Below are positions 36,013 to 49,413 of a DNA stretch of 64,000 bases, one piece after another. Position 1 is the first letter of the stretch, and the number at the start of each line of letters is the position of its first letter. Below the pieces are notes generated by a model. It saw only the letters and a program-made list of their open reading frames with translations. It ran no database searches and was not told the origin of the DNA. The stretch is taken from NCBI GenBank assembly GCA_047495785.1, contig JBLDXI010000016.1, forward strand, positions 682,001 through 746,000, in the 5' to 3' direction. Both the position numbers and the translations under genes were made by a program. This stretch comes from Lepidodermella squamata. Its lineage: Eukaryota; Animalia; Gastrotricha.

Positions 36013-37370
36013 AGCTGAGTTTTGCCCCGAGTCGAAGGTAAAAAAATTTAGTTGCTGATGATTGCTCAAAAAGTAACTATCCGTGTCGATTCCATAGTCG
36101 ACTGGCTTAAATAGCTGCATTTTGCTGAGTGTTATAGAATAAATAGGCCATGCCTGCTCATTCCATGGAGATTGGCTACCTGCAAAGCTCAGGAGGATCG
36201 GCGTGTGAACTTTTGTCGCCCTTGACAATTTTTTTTTGTCCAGTACAGGACGATTTGTTTTTTTTGCTAATGCATTTGTCTCACCTCTGCGGATGTTCAC
36301 GTATTTTGAATTTAGAGTGCAAATAATTGTGGTGAATATGCAAAGGTTCTATGGACAAGTTGCTTATCAATTTATTAATCTAAATGTTCTTTCAAGTTCA
36401 AGTGCTAAACAAGAAATTAATTCAATTAAATTATAAATATGGATGACTAATTAAAAGATTTTAAAAATACTACGAATTGTTTTCTCACCGTATCGCCATT
36501 CCTGAATTTATCTTGTCTGGCGGCAGGTGACCAAAACGCCGAAACATTATAATGGCTGACTGGATACATGCGGAAGGGCTCTGCTGCTAGGTGTTAACTA
36601 GGATTATTTGCTGTCTTTTTCAATAGCGAAAATGGAATTTATTTCGATGCGACGATATGCACAAGTAGACGGACGAGAGTGGCTTTATCAGCAAATCTTA
36701 GCTCTTAGCTACTTTTCTGAATATTGACTATTTGATCGCCTTGGTTTTCAGTATCGCCATGTGCCCTAGCGCCAGAAGCCATGAAGCTGCCAGTGATGGC
36801 CAAGTATGAACGACTAACCACCGGCTTCGAGGATCCGTATCCTGGCGATACACTCGGATCTCGGAGCTCATACGTGTGTCCTTGGCCCACAGCCGACTTG
36901 CTGGAACTTATTCAACTACTTTAGGTTATTAGTTTGATTGAGTTTGAAATTTTGAGACTGTGCCTCCAATAGATTCTTCTATATAGAGCTATGAACTCAA
37001 CCCACTGGTGAGCTTTTGACCTACGTAATTGCACAAATTTAGCCCCCGTAGACCGTTCATTCCTTTATTGCGAGACTGAGCCCTGTTCGGAGACGTTATT
37101 TACACGAAAATTCCAACCTTCCCCGCGGTCTGCTTCTTGGAGGACATTCCACGAGTAAATTGGGCATGGAGAGTCACCCGATAGATCAATTTATTTTACA
37201 TGTTGCATGGGAATGAAACATTTAATGAGATTTATCAAACACAATGAACATACTTTGTTTCTATTGATGACGTAACCAAGACTAAAACTGATTAGAAAAT
37301 ACGAAAGCCACCGGCCACTTAAGTATAAATGTTGAAACAGGTTCATGTCTCTGGTAATCGCAATCCATCA

Positions 37371-37883
37371 TTATTTCTTAGCTTCTTCGATCATTATACC
37401 CTGTGCAGCGGTGACCAGTTTCTTCCAAGCTTCAACATCAGCCGGCTTCATTTTCGTTCCAAGAAGTTGCTGCATCGTTTTCAGCAGAACAGCAAAAGCA
37501 TTGACAAAATCTTGAGGCTGCAAGCCAATTTTCGAATGTGCCTTCGATTTCAGCATTCCAGCCAATGCAGCTCGCAACTGCTCTACGTCATCCAGTTTGC
37601 CTATCAAATCGACTACAGCGGCGCCAACTGCAGGTGTCAATTTACGCTTCATGTAGTCACTATTCGGTAGATCTGACGGCTTGAGATGGCGAATGGCTAC
37701 AAAATGCTTATGATATCGGGGGTAATCTTTCAGCAGCCTTAAAAATAGTTGGTAAAAAGTATGAAGCAGTCGAAATTCCTTATTTATTTACGTGGAGTAG
37801 AATGTAACCATCGAGCCTTCAACTTTCACAAAGTCAGCTAGGTTGCGACGAATCGCTGCCTTATCCTCAGTGCTCAGTGCCAT
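37371..37883 (-). CDS. Intracellular globin, 152 aa, near-identical paralogue of 33129-33650
   Basis: MALSTEDKAAIRRNLADFVKVEGSMVTFYST|LLKDYPRYHKHF...KAHSKIG...AWKKLVTAAQGIMIEEAKK. Confidence 0.9.
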
Positions 37884-38542
37884 TTTAAAATAGACCGGGA
37901 AAGATTTAAATCAGGACAATGGAAAAATGCTGTCTGTGCCTATCCCAATGTTGACCGGTTTAAATACTCGCATTATTTTTCTGGCCTAAATTATTGATTA
38001 TAATAAGTGATAATGAAAATTGTGCCATAATAAAAACTCAGGAGAGTTTTACCTACAAACCCCCTGAGTGTCTGAGAGCAGAATCTGGTATGCACTCGCC
38101 ATTTTTTGGTCGTTTGTAGGATGATTCTTGGTTGTTCGCCATCACCGATGCACAGGCGGATTTGACGCGTCACTGCAGAGCATGGTGTGAGTTCGCTCTG
38201 TATGGATCACTCGCGAATATGTCGAAAATAAGGATTATGAATGGCCGGTTCTATATGCCCCAGTTTTCCAGTTTCATACATCAAACTGATGATCAAATTC
38301 AACTTGGTAAAATGAAGCTTCCATATTTTGCATACTCTCGATTTCCAGCTCTTGAACTATTTATTTGTAAATTGCAAAGCATCATCGCTATTGATAACTG
38401 AAATGAAAGAAAAATTGAATGGCGGCTCGAGTAGCGTTGCTAGGAAAGAAACCAGACTCAATAGCCCAGTGTAAAATGCGAAAAAATACACACGCTTTGA
38501 CATGTCCACGAATCATGAATAAATGAATAACAGCTGGAATAA

Positions 38543-40380
38543 ATGAAGAATATAATCAATGTGATACTTGTTCTATACCTTATCGAAATCGCTTATGGTG
38601 CTCTGCAAATTCTCAGGTATGCTTGTTTCAATCAATCGCCGAGTCCAAACTTTATTTTTCAATGCATTAGTCCTGGGATAATACGAATATCCGAAGGATC
38701 GAACATTGGATCGACTGGTTGCACGACTAGTTTATCGGCTACAGGTGATGCTGGCAGCATCAGTCTACTTTACACTATCTATCAATCAAGCCCATCTTCG
38801 GGCTTACAAAAATTCGGCATTACAAACAATAGTAGGAGTTTCAGATATTTCTGTTTTGCTAGTCAACATACTTTTTCAGCCATTTTACAATGTTTGTCAA
38901 ACCCTGGGTTCAACGTCTACACAGATGCAGCTAACTACTACCTGTTGATTCGAGGATGTTGCGATGTTTATGAAAGTAATGGATGAGTAACTAAAATTTG
39001 GCGACAGTCTTAATGCATTCCATAATTTTTAGCAAGTGCAACTATAACGGTGACAGTTTCGATTGTCGAGCAAGCTACCGGTCCAGTTTGGAGCAACTAC
39101 GCCCTTCAAGCCAAAATAACCGATTCAACTGCTGCAGGAAGCGTCGTGTTCACTGGGCTTGAAAACTACTGCTCAGCTAGAACAGGGAGTGGCCACTCAA
39201 TTACAACAGTGCTTAGCACAGGAACCGACAATTATTTCAGGTTTGCTCATATTTCCAGTTCAGGATCAGCCCAGGCTAAAGGTCTTGAATTTTCAGCCTG
39301 TCTGGCGGAACAGTTACGTTAAAAGCAGCCTATAGTTTAGACTACCCATCAACTTTAGCTACTTCCTACACGATTTACCCAGTTTGCGTCGATACAACGT
39401 ATAGGAGTAGTGCTACGGCAACTCTAGACGTAATTTGTAGAATTTTCTGGCGATTTTTATGCATCATTTGAATCACAGATAACTATCGCCGATGAGAACA
39501 CGGCTACTCCTGTGTTTAACTTCAGTTCCGGAACTATTTTCACTCTAACAACTTTGGAAGCTGGAGACTTTGTTGCAACTACTCCAGTCTACGGTATGAA
39601 GTTCGAAGTTTCGAGAATTTAGCCTTAAATTATTTCAATAGATTACGATCGGAGTTATCCAAATAATGTTTTCAACTACACGGTTATCAATGACACTTAT
39701 GGCCAGTATTTTATCTACTCGCTGCCTACGACTGGTTACATCACTACGGCTCAGAGATTAAACAACATTCCAAATAAGACGAATATGACAATCACTATCA
39801 AAACTACGGATCTTGGTACGCCGGCCAAATCCTCAACAGCCACCATCACAATTTCCTACAACGCAGCTGTGGTAATTTTTCATATGAATCCGGGATATTT
39901 GCGACAAATTCAAGTTATATAGACCTCGTCTACAAGTTCCACGTCATCAACATCACCTGCTACTACTTCAGCTGCTGTCACAGTTACGGAGTACAATTTT
40001 GCTACTACATCTGGAGGAATTGTAAGTCTGACCACCAACATTCGTGATATTCAAAAATCCTATGCGTTTAGGCTACCATAGTGATCTGCTGCTTGGTTGG
40101 AGCAGCTGGAATTGGCGTTGGGCTTTATTTCTTACAAAAGTATAGCCAGCCTAGTAGATTAGCTCCTTGGGAGTATGGCAAGCGGCCTCCGGCTCCGTTT
40201 CAGCAATACTCGGGTAGGAAGGGCGAACGACCCCCTGCGCCTCAAAGGCGAATGCAAACCCCTCCCCAACGGCCACAATACCGCTCTGAGCCTCACGTTA
40301 TGCCGACCTATAATTGGAATCCTAATGTTCCATCTGACGGTTACTACCTTGCTCCTGGCAAGAAAGTTGTTCTCATGTGA
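38543..40380 (+). CDS. Short cadherin-like single-pass membrane protein 1 (multi-exon)
   Basis: Signal peptide; about three degenerate cadherin repeats (ADENTATPVFNF, DYDRSYPNN, TTDLGTPAKSSTATITI); Thr/Ser stalk; TM (VICCLVGAAGIGVGLYFL); Pro-rich tail. Exon boundaries are partly inferred. Confidence 0.7.
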
Positions 40381-40491
40381 TTCTCAATTGAAATAAAACT
40401 AGACGTGAATCTATTCATCTTTTGAGAGTTGCTAAGAGCTGAATAGCATGCGTTAAACCTGAATGGCTTTTCTACCACTTTCGGTTCGAAG

Positions 40492-42363
40492 ATGAAACTG
40501 AGAAGGAAATTCGCTCAAAGTTTCGCAATATTCATCCAATATTTGCTCTCCGTTTCGGGCGTTCCTGTTTTGGTCAAGTATGGTTATTAGATTTTCTGAA
40601 ATGTTTTTCTACGAATTGATTTTTCAAGTCCTGGTAAGATTTCCATACCAGAGGACGCAACGTCATCAACATCAACATGCACTACTACCCTCCAAGCAAT
40701 TTCTAGTCTCACAGCTGCTGCAATGAACCTCACTTACGTCATAATTTCGACTACCCCAAGCACCGGAACGTCAAAATTCAAGATTACAAACTCCTGTATG
40801 CAATAATTGTTAATCGGAGAATGAGTTTTCGATTATTACTTTTTTCGCAATAGCTGTCCTTCAGTGTGCCAATAGTCCGGCTGGGTTTAACGTCTATACT
40901 GACACCAGGGATTACTTCCTCACAATTAGAGGATGCTGCGACTCTGACGGATGTAGGCGTACTCTTAGCTGTTGAGTTCATTATCAAATTTATTCTACCA
41001 ATAGCTAGCGGCTCGACCACAATTTCGATAACGGTCTCAGAAGTTTCACTCGGGCCATACTGGAACACTTCACTGCTTACAGCGACGATCGCTGAAACAA
41101 CCACTCCGAACAGTCCAGTATTTTCGAGTTTGAACTCGTACTGCTCGGCTAGAACTGGCAGCAGTCATGCTATCACAACTGCCCTCAGTACTGGGACAGA
41201 TCCTTACTTCAGGTTTGCGCCTATAAAGCTCTTGGTAAAGCTCTAATTGCAACTTGAAAACTACTTCAGCTTAGCATCCGGGGTTGTCACTTTAACGAAT
41301 TCCTATTCGCTTGATTTCCCCTCAAATCTACCATTGCAATACCCGATCAACCCTATCTGCGTCGACACGGCTTATTCGACCACAGCTACAACAACCTTGA
41401 GAGTAGGGATACTAATTGATAAATGAGTGGAATTCCTGAATCCGAAGTCAAATTTCACAGTTTACCTTTTCCGACTCGAATACTGCAAGGCCGTTCTTCA
41501 ACCTGACAGCAACTTTGTACACCCTATACTCAGCTGATGCTGGGACGTTTATCGCACAAACCCCATCATATGGTACGCTATAGGCATGAATGAAGGCTGA
41601 AAGTAGCAAGATATTTTGATAGACTATGATCGCAGCTCTCCGAACAATGCTTTGATATATTCAGTATCAAACTCAACAACGTACGGGCCTTACTTTGGCT
41701 ACTCTTCTGCGGCAAACTTGGTAGTAACACAGCGCTTTAGTGTCATTTCGAATGGTACAAGCTTCACCATAGTCCTTCTAGTCAGAGATCAAGTAAGGAT
41801 TTGGCGTCCATATAAATTCAATGAGTAAATTCGGTTCGGTTTACAGGGCTCTCCAGCGCTTTCCAATTCAGCAACTTTGACACTTTTCTTCCTAAATACT
41901 GCTGTAAATTTTGAGATTCAAAGATAGGAGTTAAGCAACGTTTTTTGTAGACGTCGACTTCAACAACAACGTCGACAACAAGTGGAACGACCACCGAGTT
42001 TTTTCTCAGCACTTCGCCTTACACTAATTTTGCTACAACCAAGGAAGGAATCGTAAATATTTGATTTGCTTTTTACACGGTAACTATTTTTTTCTTATTT
42101 TTCAGGCCACGATTGCGGTTTGTAGTGGGGTAGCAGTGATAGGTCTAGCCGTTGCAATGTATTTCATCGCTAAAACAAGCAAAGGAAGTCGAGCCGGGCC
42201 GATGGAGTCGATAAGTGGGCAGACTTTCAAACAACAGCCTTATCGTGATCCAGTTCCGAGGTTGAGATCACCGCCACGGACTTACCCGTCTCCTAGAAAT
42301 AATAACAATGGACGAGTTCCACCTTACTACCCTCATCCGAATTTTACTAACAACTATTATTGA
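40492..42363 (+). CDS. Short cadherin-like single-pass membrane protein 2
   Basis: Paralogous exons to the previous gene (ISIPED, YCSARTGS.H.ITT.LSTGTD.YF, DYDRSSPNN, VRDQGSP), then a TM segment and a Pro-rich tail containing PPYY. Confidence 0.7.
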
Positions 42364-42662
42364 TAATAATAAACAGCAATTTTGAGTTTTGACATTGCAG
42401 TGAAAGCATGTTCAGGTTTCTTCATTCTCAGATCGACTCTTCAGGTCTAGGATGGATTCAGGATATCAAACAGAGGTTTTCCCGAACAGTAAATCAGCCT
42501 ATTTACTCAAATCTTTGAGCATTACCGTCAATCTGAGGTCATTTTTATTCACGGTGATAAGCAACTAGACACCGCTGTAGAATCGCATTTTCAATTCAAA
42601 TGAATGTGAAAAGATCCCACGTGAATAAAATGCATATTTTAACATAGATTGCATAATGAAGC

Positions 42663-43965
42663 ATGAGGTTTCGTTTTTTCCTTTGCGCTTTCTTTGCTTG
42701 CCAGTTCGCCATATTCTTCTTGTGGGCAATATTTGGCTTCCCTGACCGTTTCCCGCCGAATGATCGAAAACATGCGAACAAAGAAACTGAATTCTGGCGA
42801 GAGAGTGATCACCTAATTCTCGAAAATGTCTGTAATAAGCCCGCTGGCAGCCCTGCTCTCAATTTTAACCTCGAAAATGGATTTTTGGACTTCAATGCAA
42901 AACAGCGGATGAAGGCGTCAACAATCCTTGTAATAGCTTTCAATCAAAGGACAAACTATCAAGTCGCCCCTCTAGTCAATGCGCTATTCGCGCGAAATTT
43001 TGCTGAAATCAAATTTTGCGGCCCTTCGCCTAATTCTACCGATTTTTCCAATACTGTAAATTGCTATTTTAATAAATCTTCCGAGCATTTCCGCGACTAC
43101 TTCATACGCAGATATATCAACTACGAATTCTCCGAGCCTGTAATTACGGATAGAGGAGAAACTGCGTACCTCTGCATTAACGAAGCTATCAGGACATCAA
43201 AACTTTCAACATACGCCATTCGAGGAATTTTTCTTGTTCACGACGATGCCTTATTCGGATATTGGAATTTCATATTCAAGTCAAAAGAATTCGATCTGGA
43301 TAGAAGTTACGTCATGTCGAAGGGGGATTTCTACTACGACATCGACACCTTATTCCGATGCAGCGATTCGGGGGAGTGTGAGCTACATAATCCATGGGCA
43401 GCTTGGAAATCAGTCTCGCAATATCCCCTCCAAGAATTTTTTAAAGTAAGTCACCTTGAATGACAAATCCGAATAAAACCGAGCAAATTTGCATAAGGAC
43501 CTGGGCGAAAAAGCTGTTGAAGATCCAAGAAGTTACGGGCATTGTTTAAACAGGATTGCGAAGGTAACAAGCGGAAAAAGGCGTGCCATCAAAGGTCTTT
43601 CCGACATATTTTACATCACAAGGGAAGACTTGCCCACCGCGATTCAAATGTTTGACCTACTGGCCAAGCATCACGTCTATCAGGAAATCGCCGTTCCAAC
43701 AATTTTCCCATGCCTAGGATCCAAGACTAAACCAACCGGTTTTTTTGACACGCGAAATTGGTACACCATCAAGCTGCCGAAAAATGCCTCTGAATTGGCT
43801 GATACAAATATTGTCTTAGTATTGCATCCTTTCAAACTAAGCGGCATTTCAAAATCTTTCTTTCCGGTATTTTCGCCGGAATTAGCAAGACTAAAAGCTG
43901 ACGATATCAATTTCTTCTGTGATCTAGCCTACTTTCCACAAAGACTTGGTAATTTAGAAGAATAA
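42663..43965 (+). CDS. Type II membrane STELLO/DUF288-like putative glycosyltransferase (2 exons)
   Basis: N-terminal TM anchor. Motifs FLVHDDALFGYWN, SDIFYI, EIAVPT and LHPFKLS match the STELLO C-terminal region as I recall it. Intron at about 43446-43497. Confidence 0.65.
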
Positions 43966-44060
43966 TAAATTGACATTTAAATTTATTATTGGAGTTTAAA
44001 AGTGTAGATCGGGAATCGGTAGTTGCTGCTACGACAATTTCCCGTCCTCGTCTGTCCAAT

Positions 44061-46803
44061 TCATACCGAAGTACCAACTCTGATTTCAATTTTCGTGGTA
44101 GATCGAGTCTCGACTGATTCAATTCCGCTCGGCTGTTGCTGCGTTCCAGCCAACGGCGTCATCGTCATCGCCGAAGTACGATCTTTCCTAAGTTGAGACT
44201 TGAACTCCTCCGCATCTCGCGTCGTTCTAACACGCAGTTCCATCGCACTGAGAACAACTGAAATCCAAGCCACAGCTAGGCAGACACCTGATACAGTTAG
44301 CATGAGGTTGTGAGCGTTGGTTGTCTGCACCACGGCCACTAACATGGAGCCAGCTAATAAAGCTGTCATTTCGCAAAAAATCACGATCCCAGTGAGCGAG
44401 TAGCGCAGCGTTCGCTGTCTCTTTTTCACAGCCTTGACAGTCACTCAAATTGAGACTTTTACAAAAGAGATGCAACAACTTACCACAAAGGTTTGCTGAA
44501 CTAATTTGATAGTAAAAACTCCAACAATGCCTTGAAGTAAGCAGAGTTGAAAAAATGACAGTATAGCCGAGGAATCAGATAGATTTAGCCGGCAGTAAAA
44601 CTTTGTTTCAAGATGAATCAGATCAGGATCCGATTCAGAAGCGTGTTGCCCCGTGACTATCTCAGAGTAATCAACCATCGGCAACAGGCCGCCCAGCAGT
44701 GGGACATTTGCAGCAACCCAAAGTGCAACTTTCGAAATTTTGTTCAAATAATGTTCGCGCATTAGTTTAGGCTTTCTTTCTTTCGCATTCAGAAGAATTG
44801 AGCTTAGTTTTACGTAGTTCCCAGCCATTAGTGAGCATAAACCGACAAAGACTATCGTGCCAAATGCTTGGCAAGTTGCAAGTGGATCGAAGTTGTTGGA
44901 AACCGGTAGAACAAAACTTTGGACGTAGAGCAGTAGAGAGCCTATTAATGGATATGCATTTTGAACGATGACATCTCGCACGTTAACGCTTGTGTCTTGA
45001 TCTTCAGGTAACATTGCCGCCAGAATTGGCCTGGGCGGGAATATTAGCAGCAAGGTCGTCAGTACTCCTACAATTCCTAAGACTGGAAAAGGGAATATTT
45101 GTGAAGCAAACTGACTCGGTTTCTTGATTTTCTACCTGCATAAGTCGCGTATATAGATTCAGGGACAAGGGGCGTTATTAATTTATCATACGTGAATTCA
45201 TCAGCGAATGGCTTCCCGGTAGGAGTCCTCCAAACAACGGCATCCAAATAGATAGATGGGGGCTTGTTTTTCTGGCCATCGTAAATTGCTACTGTTGTTG
45301 TAATATTGCCTCTCTTCTCATCCCTTTGCTGTTGTTTGAGAACAACAGGTGAAAACCCGAGTCTGTCTCGATTTGTTTCGGGACTGAATTTGTGAATGGC
45401 TCTCAGAGATCTAAGCGGTGGCATCGAATACAAAGCTTGATCCATGATACGTTTGAAATGCTGAGGGTTTTGGCTTTGAAGTTCAGAGCCAATTGCCCAA
45501 TCGGATAGACTGGCATTAATTCTGTCCAGCCACATTCCAGCAAACAGCGCTAGGTCGTACATGTTGCTAGAGAACATTTGTGGATAATAGATTCCATCAA
45601 TTTTCTCGAGAAGGTCGGTTTCATATTGGTCGTAAGTTAGGCCAGTAACATCAGTCGCATTTTCATCAACGTCTTTCATAATTCCATCGCCAAAATAGAA
45701 GACACTTCGTATGATCTCAGCGAGCTCATCGCAGCTGCATGAATATACGGAGTATTGCGAGTTGTCGCAGTTTTCAGGGTTCAGATCTTCTTCATAGACA
45801 TTGGAAATGAAAAAGGCGTAATGAGTGGCTGAGAAGCCGCGCTGGTGTAAACTGCAAAGAAGCATAGCCACGGAGTCTGAAACGAAGTAGACGATTCTCG
45901 CCCCACTTGCTTTGACTTGGTCTACAGCTGCGTCAACCTCGCTTTGGTCGTCAAGAGTCATCATTTCTGCTATAGTTATCACCTCGATGCTTCGGGAGTC
46001 CAACTGTTCGACGAGTCTTTGTAAAGCGCCATAATAGAAGGAATGGCTGATTATAGCAGCTTTTCGCCAGTTGTAGCGGTAAGTGAAGTCAGCCAATGCA
46101 GTGAATTGATTTCTTTCCGAAGATGAAATGGGGTAAGTTGAAGAATAAACTTGGCTATCTTCCTCCACTTTCACACTACCGGTGTAGGAAACCATCTGAA
46201 AAAATGGCAGATGTTATAACAGCGATTGAAACAACTGTTTAAATCTTACAGATATAAGGCCCAGGGATTTTGAGGCCAGAGACATAACACGCTGGCTTAG
46301 ATCCATGCAAGGTGAGATCATTAGCATAGGCAGTCTCGCAGTTGAGTCTTCGTCATTTAGTAAATTGAAATTGGTAGTTATACCTAAGTCATCCAGGCTC
46401 TGAAATCGCATCACTAATTCAAGTCTTGTTTAAGTAGTAAAAATAACGATGACGCTACCTTGTCATCAACCATTTCAAACACGAGTTCGTAATTTGTTGT
46501 GAGATTTGTCACGAGCTTCAGCCTATCTAGGGCCATTTGAAGAGATCGTGTAGCTGAAGGGCCCATCAAGGGTCTATCTAATTCATCCGAGTAACAGATA
46601 GTCGTCAGAATTGTGAGCACCATTTTGTCGTCTGAAGCATTGTCAAAGAAGCTGGATGATGCTACGAATTGCGGCATAGGCTCATTGAAAGTTGATTTGC
46701 CTCGAATAAACGACTCGTTGACGTTTGTCCGGAATTCCTTCACGTTAATGGCACAGGCAACAGTTAAGTAAGCTGTTAATAGGACTGTTACTATCGTATC
46801 CAT
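44061..46803 (-). CDS. Divergent class C GPCR, GABA-B-receptor-like (Venus flytrap + 7TM)
   Basis: Signal peptide and an ANF-receptor-type ectodomain (VSYT, YNWRKAAII, VKASGARIV, MYDL). There is no Cys-rich domain. Seven hydrophobic segments follow, with a TM3 Cys and an ECL2 FYC, and the protein ends in -TSV. Confidence 0.72.
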
Positions 46804-47246
46804 CTTTTTGTGATTTCTCCTTGAAGAAATTAGGTCGAAAAGGGCTTCAAAATGCACACTTTAACATACTGAATGTTGATAGATATACCTGATGAAAATG
46901 AGAAACTTGAGCATCACCGGCATCGCTCATTAGCCAAAGGAAAAAATTATTATTTTTTCAAACATTTATTGGCTTTAGTTAAGCTCGTGATCATCAGTTT
47001 GATATGCCTAATCAACCTATATATTTGTGCCTTTTCCTCTGCGAATCTTTTTCGATAAAGGAAACAGTGATGTTTTTCCCAAATCCGTGCATTGGGAAAC
47101 GTGGTGCTGAAGTAACGCAAGAGTAAGAGAAGTAAAATCTCTTCAGTTTCTAACGCGGCCTTAATGAGATAAAAAATGTGTAAACTGGGCACGTGCTGAC
47201 CACTTTTTCATGCAACGAGTTCAGACTACAACTCCATTCATTCGCG

Positions 47247-48770
47247 ATGAATAATAAAATGTTTTGCTTTGAAAAATCAGCTACTGTTTCTAGAAGCGAT
47301 GTTGTCGTCGGAACATTTGCAAAATTGTTTGCAAGCTCGGCAAACAGCGACGTAGAATTTTGCTTCGATGACGGGGCGATAATCAAAGCCCACAAGTCGA
47401 TTCTTGCTGCTTATTCTGAAGTTTTCGCAAAGATGCTAGAGCCTAAAGCCTTCAAAGAATCACTCGTCGGCCAAGTTCAGCTGCCAGGCAAGCAAGCTGT
47501 AGTCGTCGAGAAGTTCTTACGCTACCTGTATACCGGGGAGCTGAATTTGAAAGGAATCAGCCTCGAAAACGCATTGGCAATTTATCGCATGGCGCATGAA
47601 TACGACGTGGGCTCGCTTCTCGATGAGCTGGAAATCCTTTTGATGGTAATAGCTCAATTTTCTTAAGCAAATCAACTTTTTTGTTGAGTTTTCAGAGCGT
47701 GATGGATGTAGACAATGTTTGGCCAATCTTCGAAACAGCAATGCTACTTGGAAGGGAAAAATTGGTCCAAACTTGTCGAGGCTACTTCATCAAATACGCG
47801 AGTTACGTCATAAAGTCCCCACTTTTTGCCGATCTGTCGACGAATTCGTTGTTATCTGTGATTACGGATGACTGCTTCTCAGCGCCAGAAATCGATATAA
47901 TTTTGGCGATCCAGCGCTGGCACGACGCCAATAAAGACTTTGATGTCAAGGAAGTTCTCGGCAAGGTTCGATTCGGTCTCGTTGATACCGCTGGCATGAA
48001 CTTTTTCGAAGTTGCTAAGCTCTGCCATTTCCTGTCGACAAATGGCTATGACATGGTTGAAATTAGCCGAAATGAGGATAGTCTCCAGGATTATGGCCGT
48101 CATAGGAAACGCATCCGTCTCTCGTCCATTGGTGAGATGGCTCTCCTTAAAATGTCCAAATATTCACTGTATTTATAGCCGCGATTAACAATGGAACGAT
48201 TGTCGAGGGAATGCGAGCAAATGATGTTTTCAGCAAACCAGATCAAGACTACTTCACAGACTATGCCCACAATGATGCTCAGATTGTGGTAACTCTGCCG
48301 GATCCAGTGGTTCTCGAGACGATTTCATTCTACCTTGAGAGAGCTACAAGCTCAAGCAAGATTACTAAGTATGTTGTCGACGTGATGGCTGATTCCAGCG
48401 GTACATGGCAGAGAATTGCGACGGTCAAGCCGAATGCTACGAATGCTACTTTAATCGAGTGCCGCAGCTATCAGCTACTTTATTTTAAGCCAAGGCGTAT
48501 CCGCAGCAGTAGACTTTTTTCGATTTCATCTGAGCTTAACTAATTTTCTTTTTCTTTTCAGTCAAAATAACGGCATCAGTCACCCGTGAGGATGGTTATT
48601 TTTCCTCTAGATCAGACTTGCCGCCCGGTTACGTGGTAAGAGACTTTCAGTGCCCATCCGAATCGTTTGAGCTGGAGTACTTGTCTGAATACCTCGAGAA
48701 ATGCAGTAATGGTGAAACTCTGTTAATCGACTTTGGTCAAGTCAGCGGTCCTCGCAAAGTGATATTATGA
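47247..48770 (+). CDS. BTB-BACK protein with a C-terminal discoidin/F5-8-like domain (BTBD9-like)
   Basis: SDVEF..IKAHKSILAAYSEVFAKML, FLRYLYTG, BACK motif APEIDIILAIQRW..VRF, and C-terminal IVVTL..YVVDV..WQRI..CRSYQLLYF.PR.IR. Confidence 0.8.
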
Positions 48771-49413
48771 GAACTAAAGAAATCAGCATCCTTTTTCGTA
48801 ATAGCATGATCAATAAAGAGAATTTCAGACTCTGGATTTAAACATGCTCTGAAATAAATGTACGATTTGTAATTTTTGAACTGGGGCATAATAACATAGA
48901 GATAAGTATTATCTCTATCATTCGGACCCATGTAATCCAATGAGACAGACAAAGTATGCCTTAGGGATTAGGGAGCTCTGAGACGGACAATAGCGCGCAC
49001 AAATACCATTGTGTTAGCGTGATTTACAAGATACAGATCATTTTAAAAATAAATGCATTCAATTCCGGGGCCGAGAGCAAGTTAAAAAAAACAATTTAAT
49101 CGCTTCTAACTTCTATGGATAGCGATCAAGTGAGCATCGTGAAGAAAACTGGTTTCTACCTTTTCAGCAGGCCATTTTCCAACCAGACCACGTGCAACTC
49201 CGGACACCTTTGGCTGTCCGGATTATACAAAACCGGATTGTACGGTGTCTGTGCTTCTCAGCACGTGCTATCCAGTTGCACTTTTATCTTCTCGAGTCAT
49301 AGTTTTAGGATAAAGATAACAAGTGTCACGGGCTGAATGTCTCGCCATATAAAGAGCTCTGTTTTACCCCAAATAGACCAAGTTTTCACCCAATTATTAA
49401 ATTATCAAGATAA

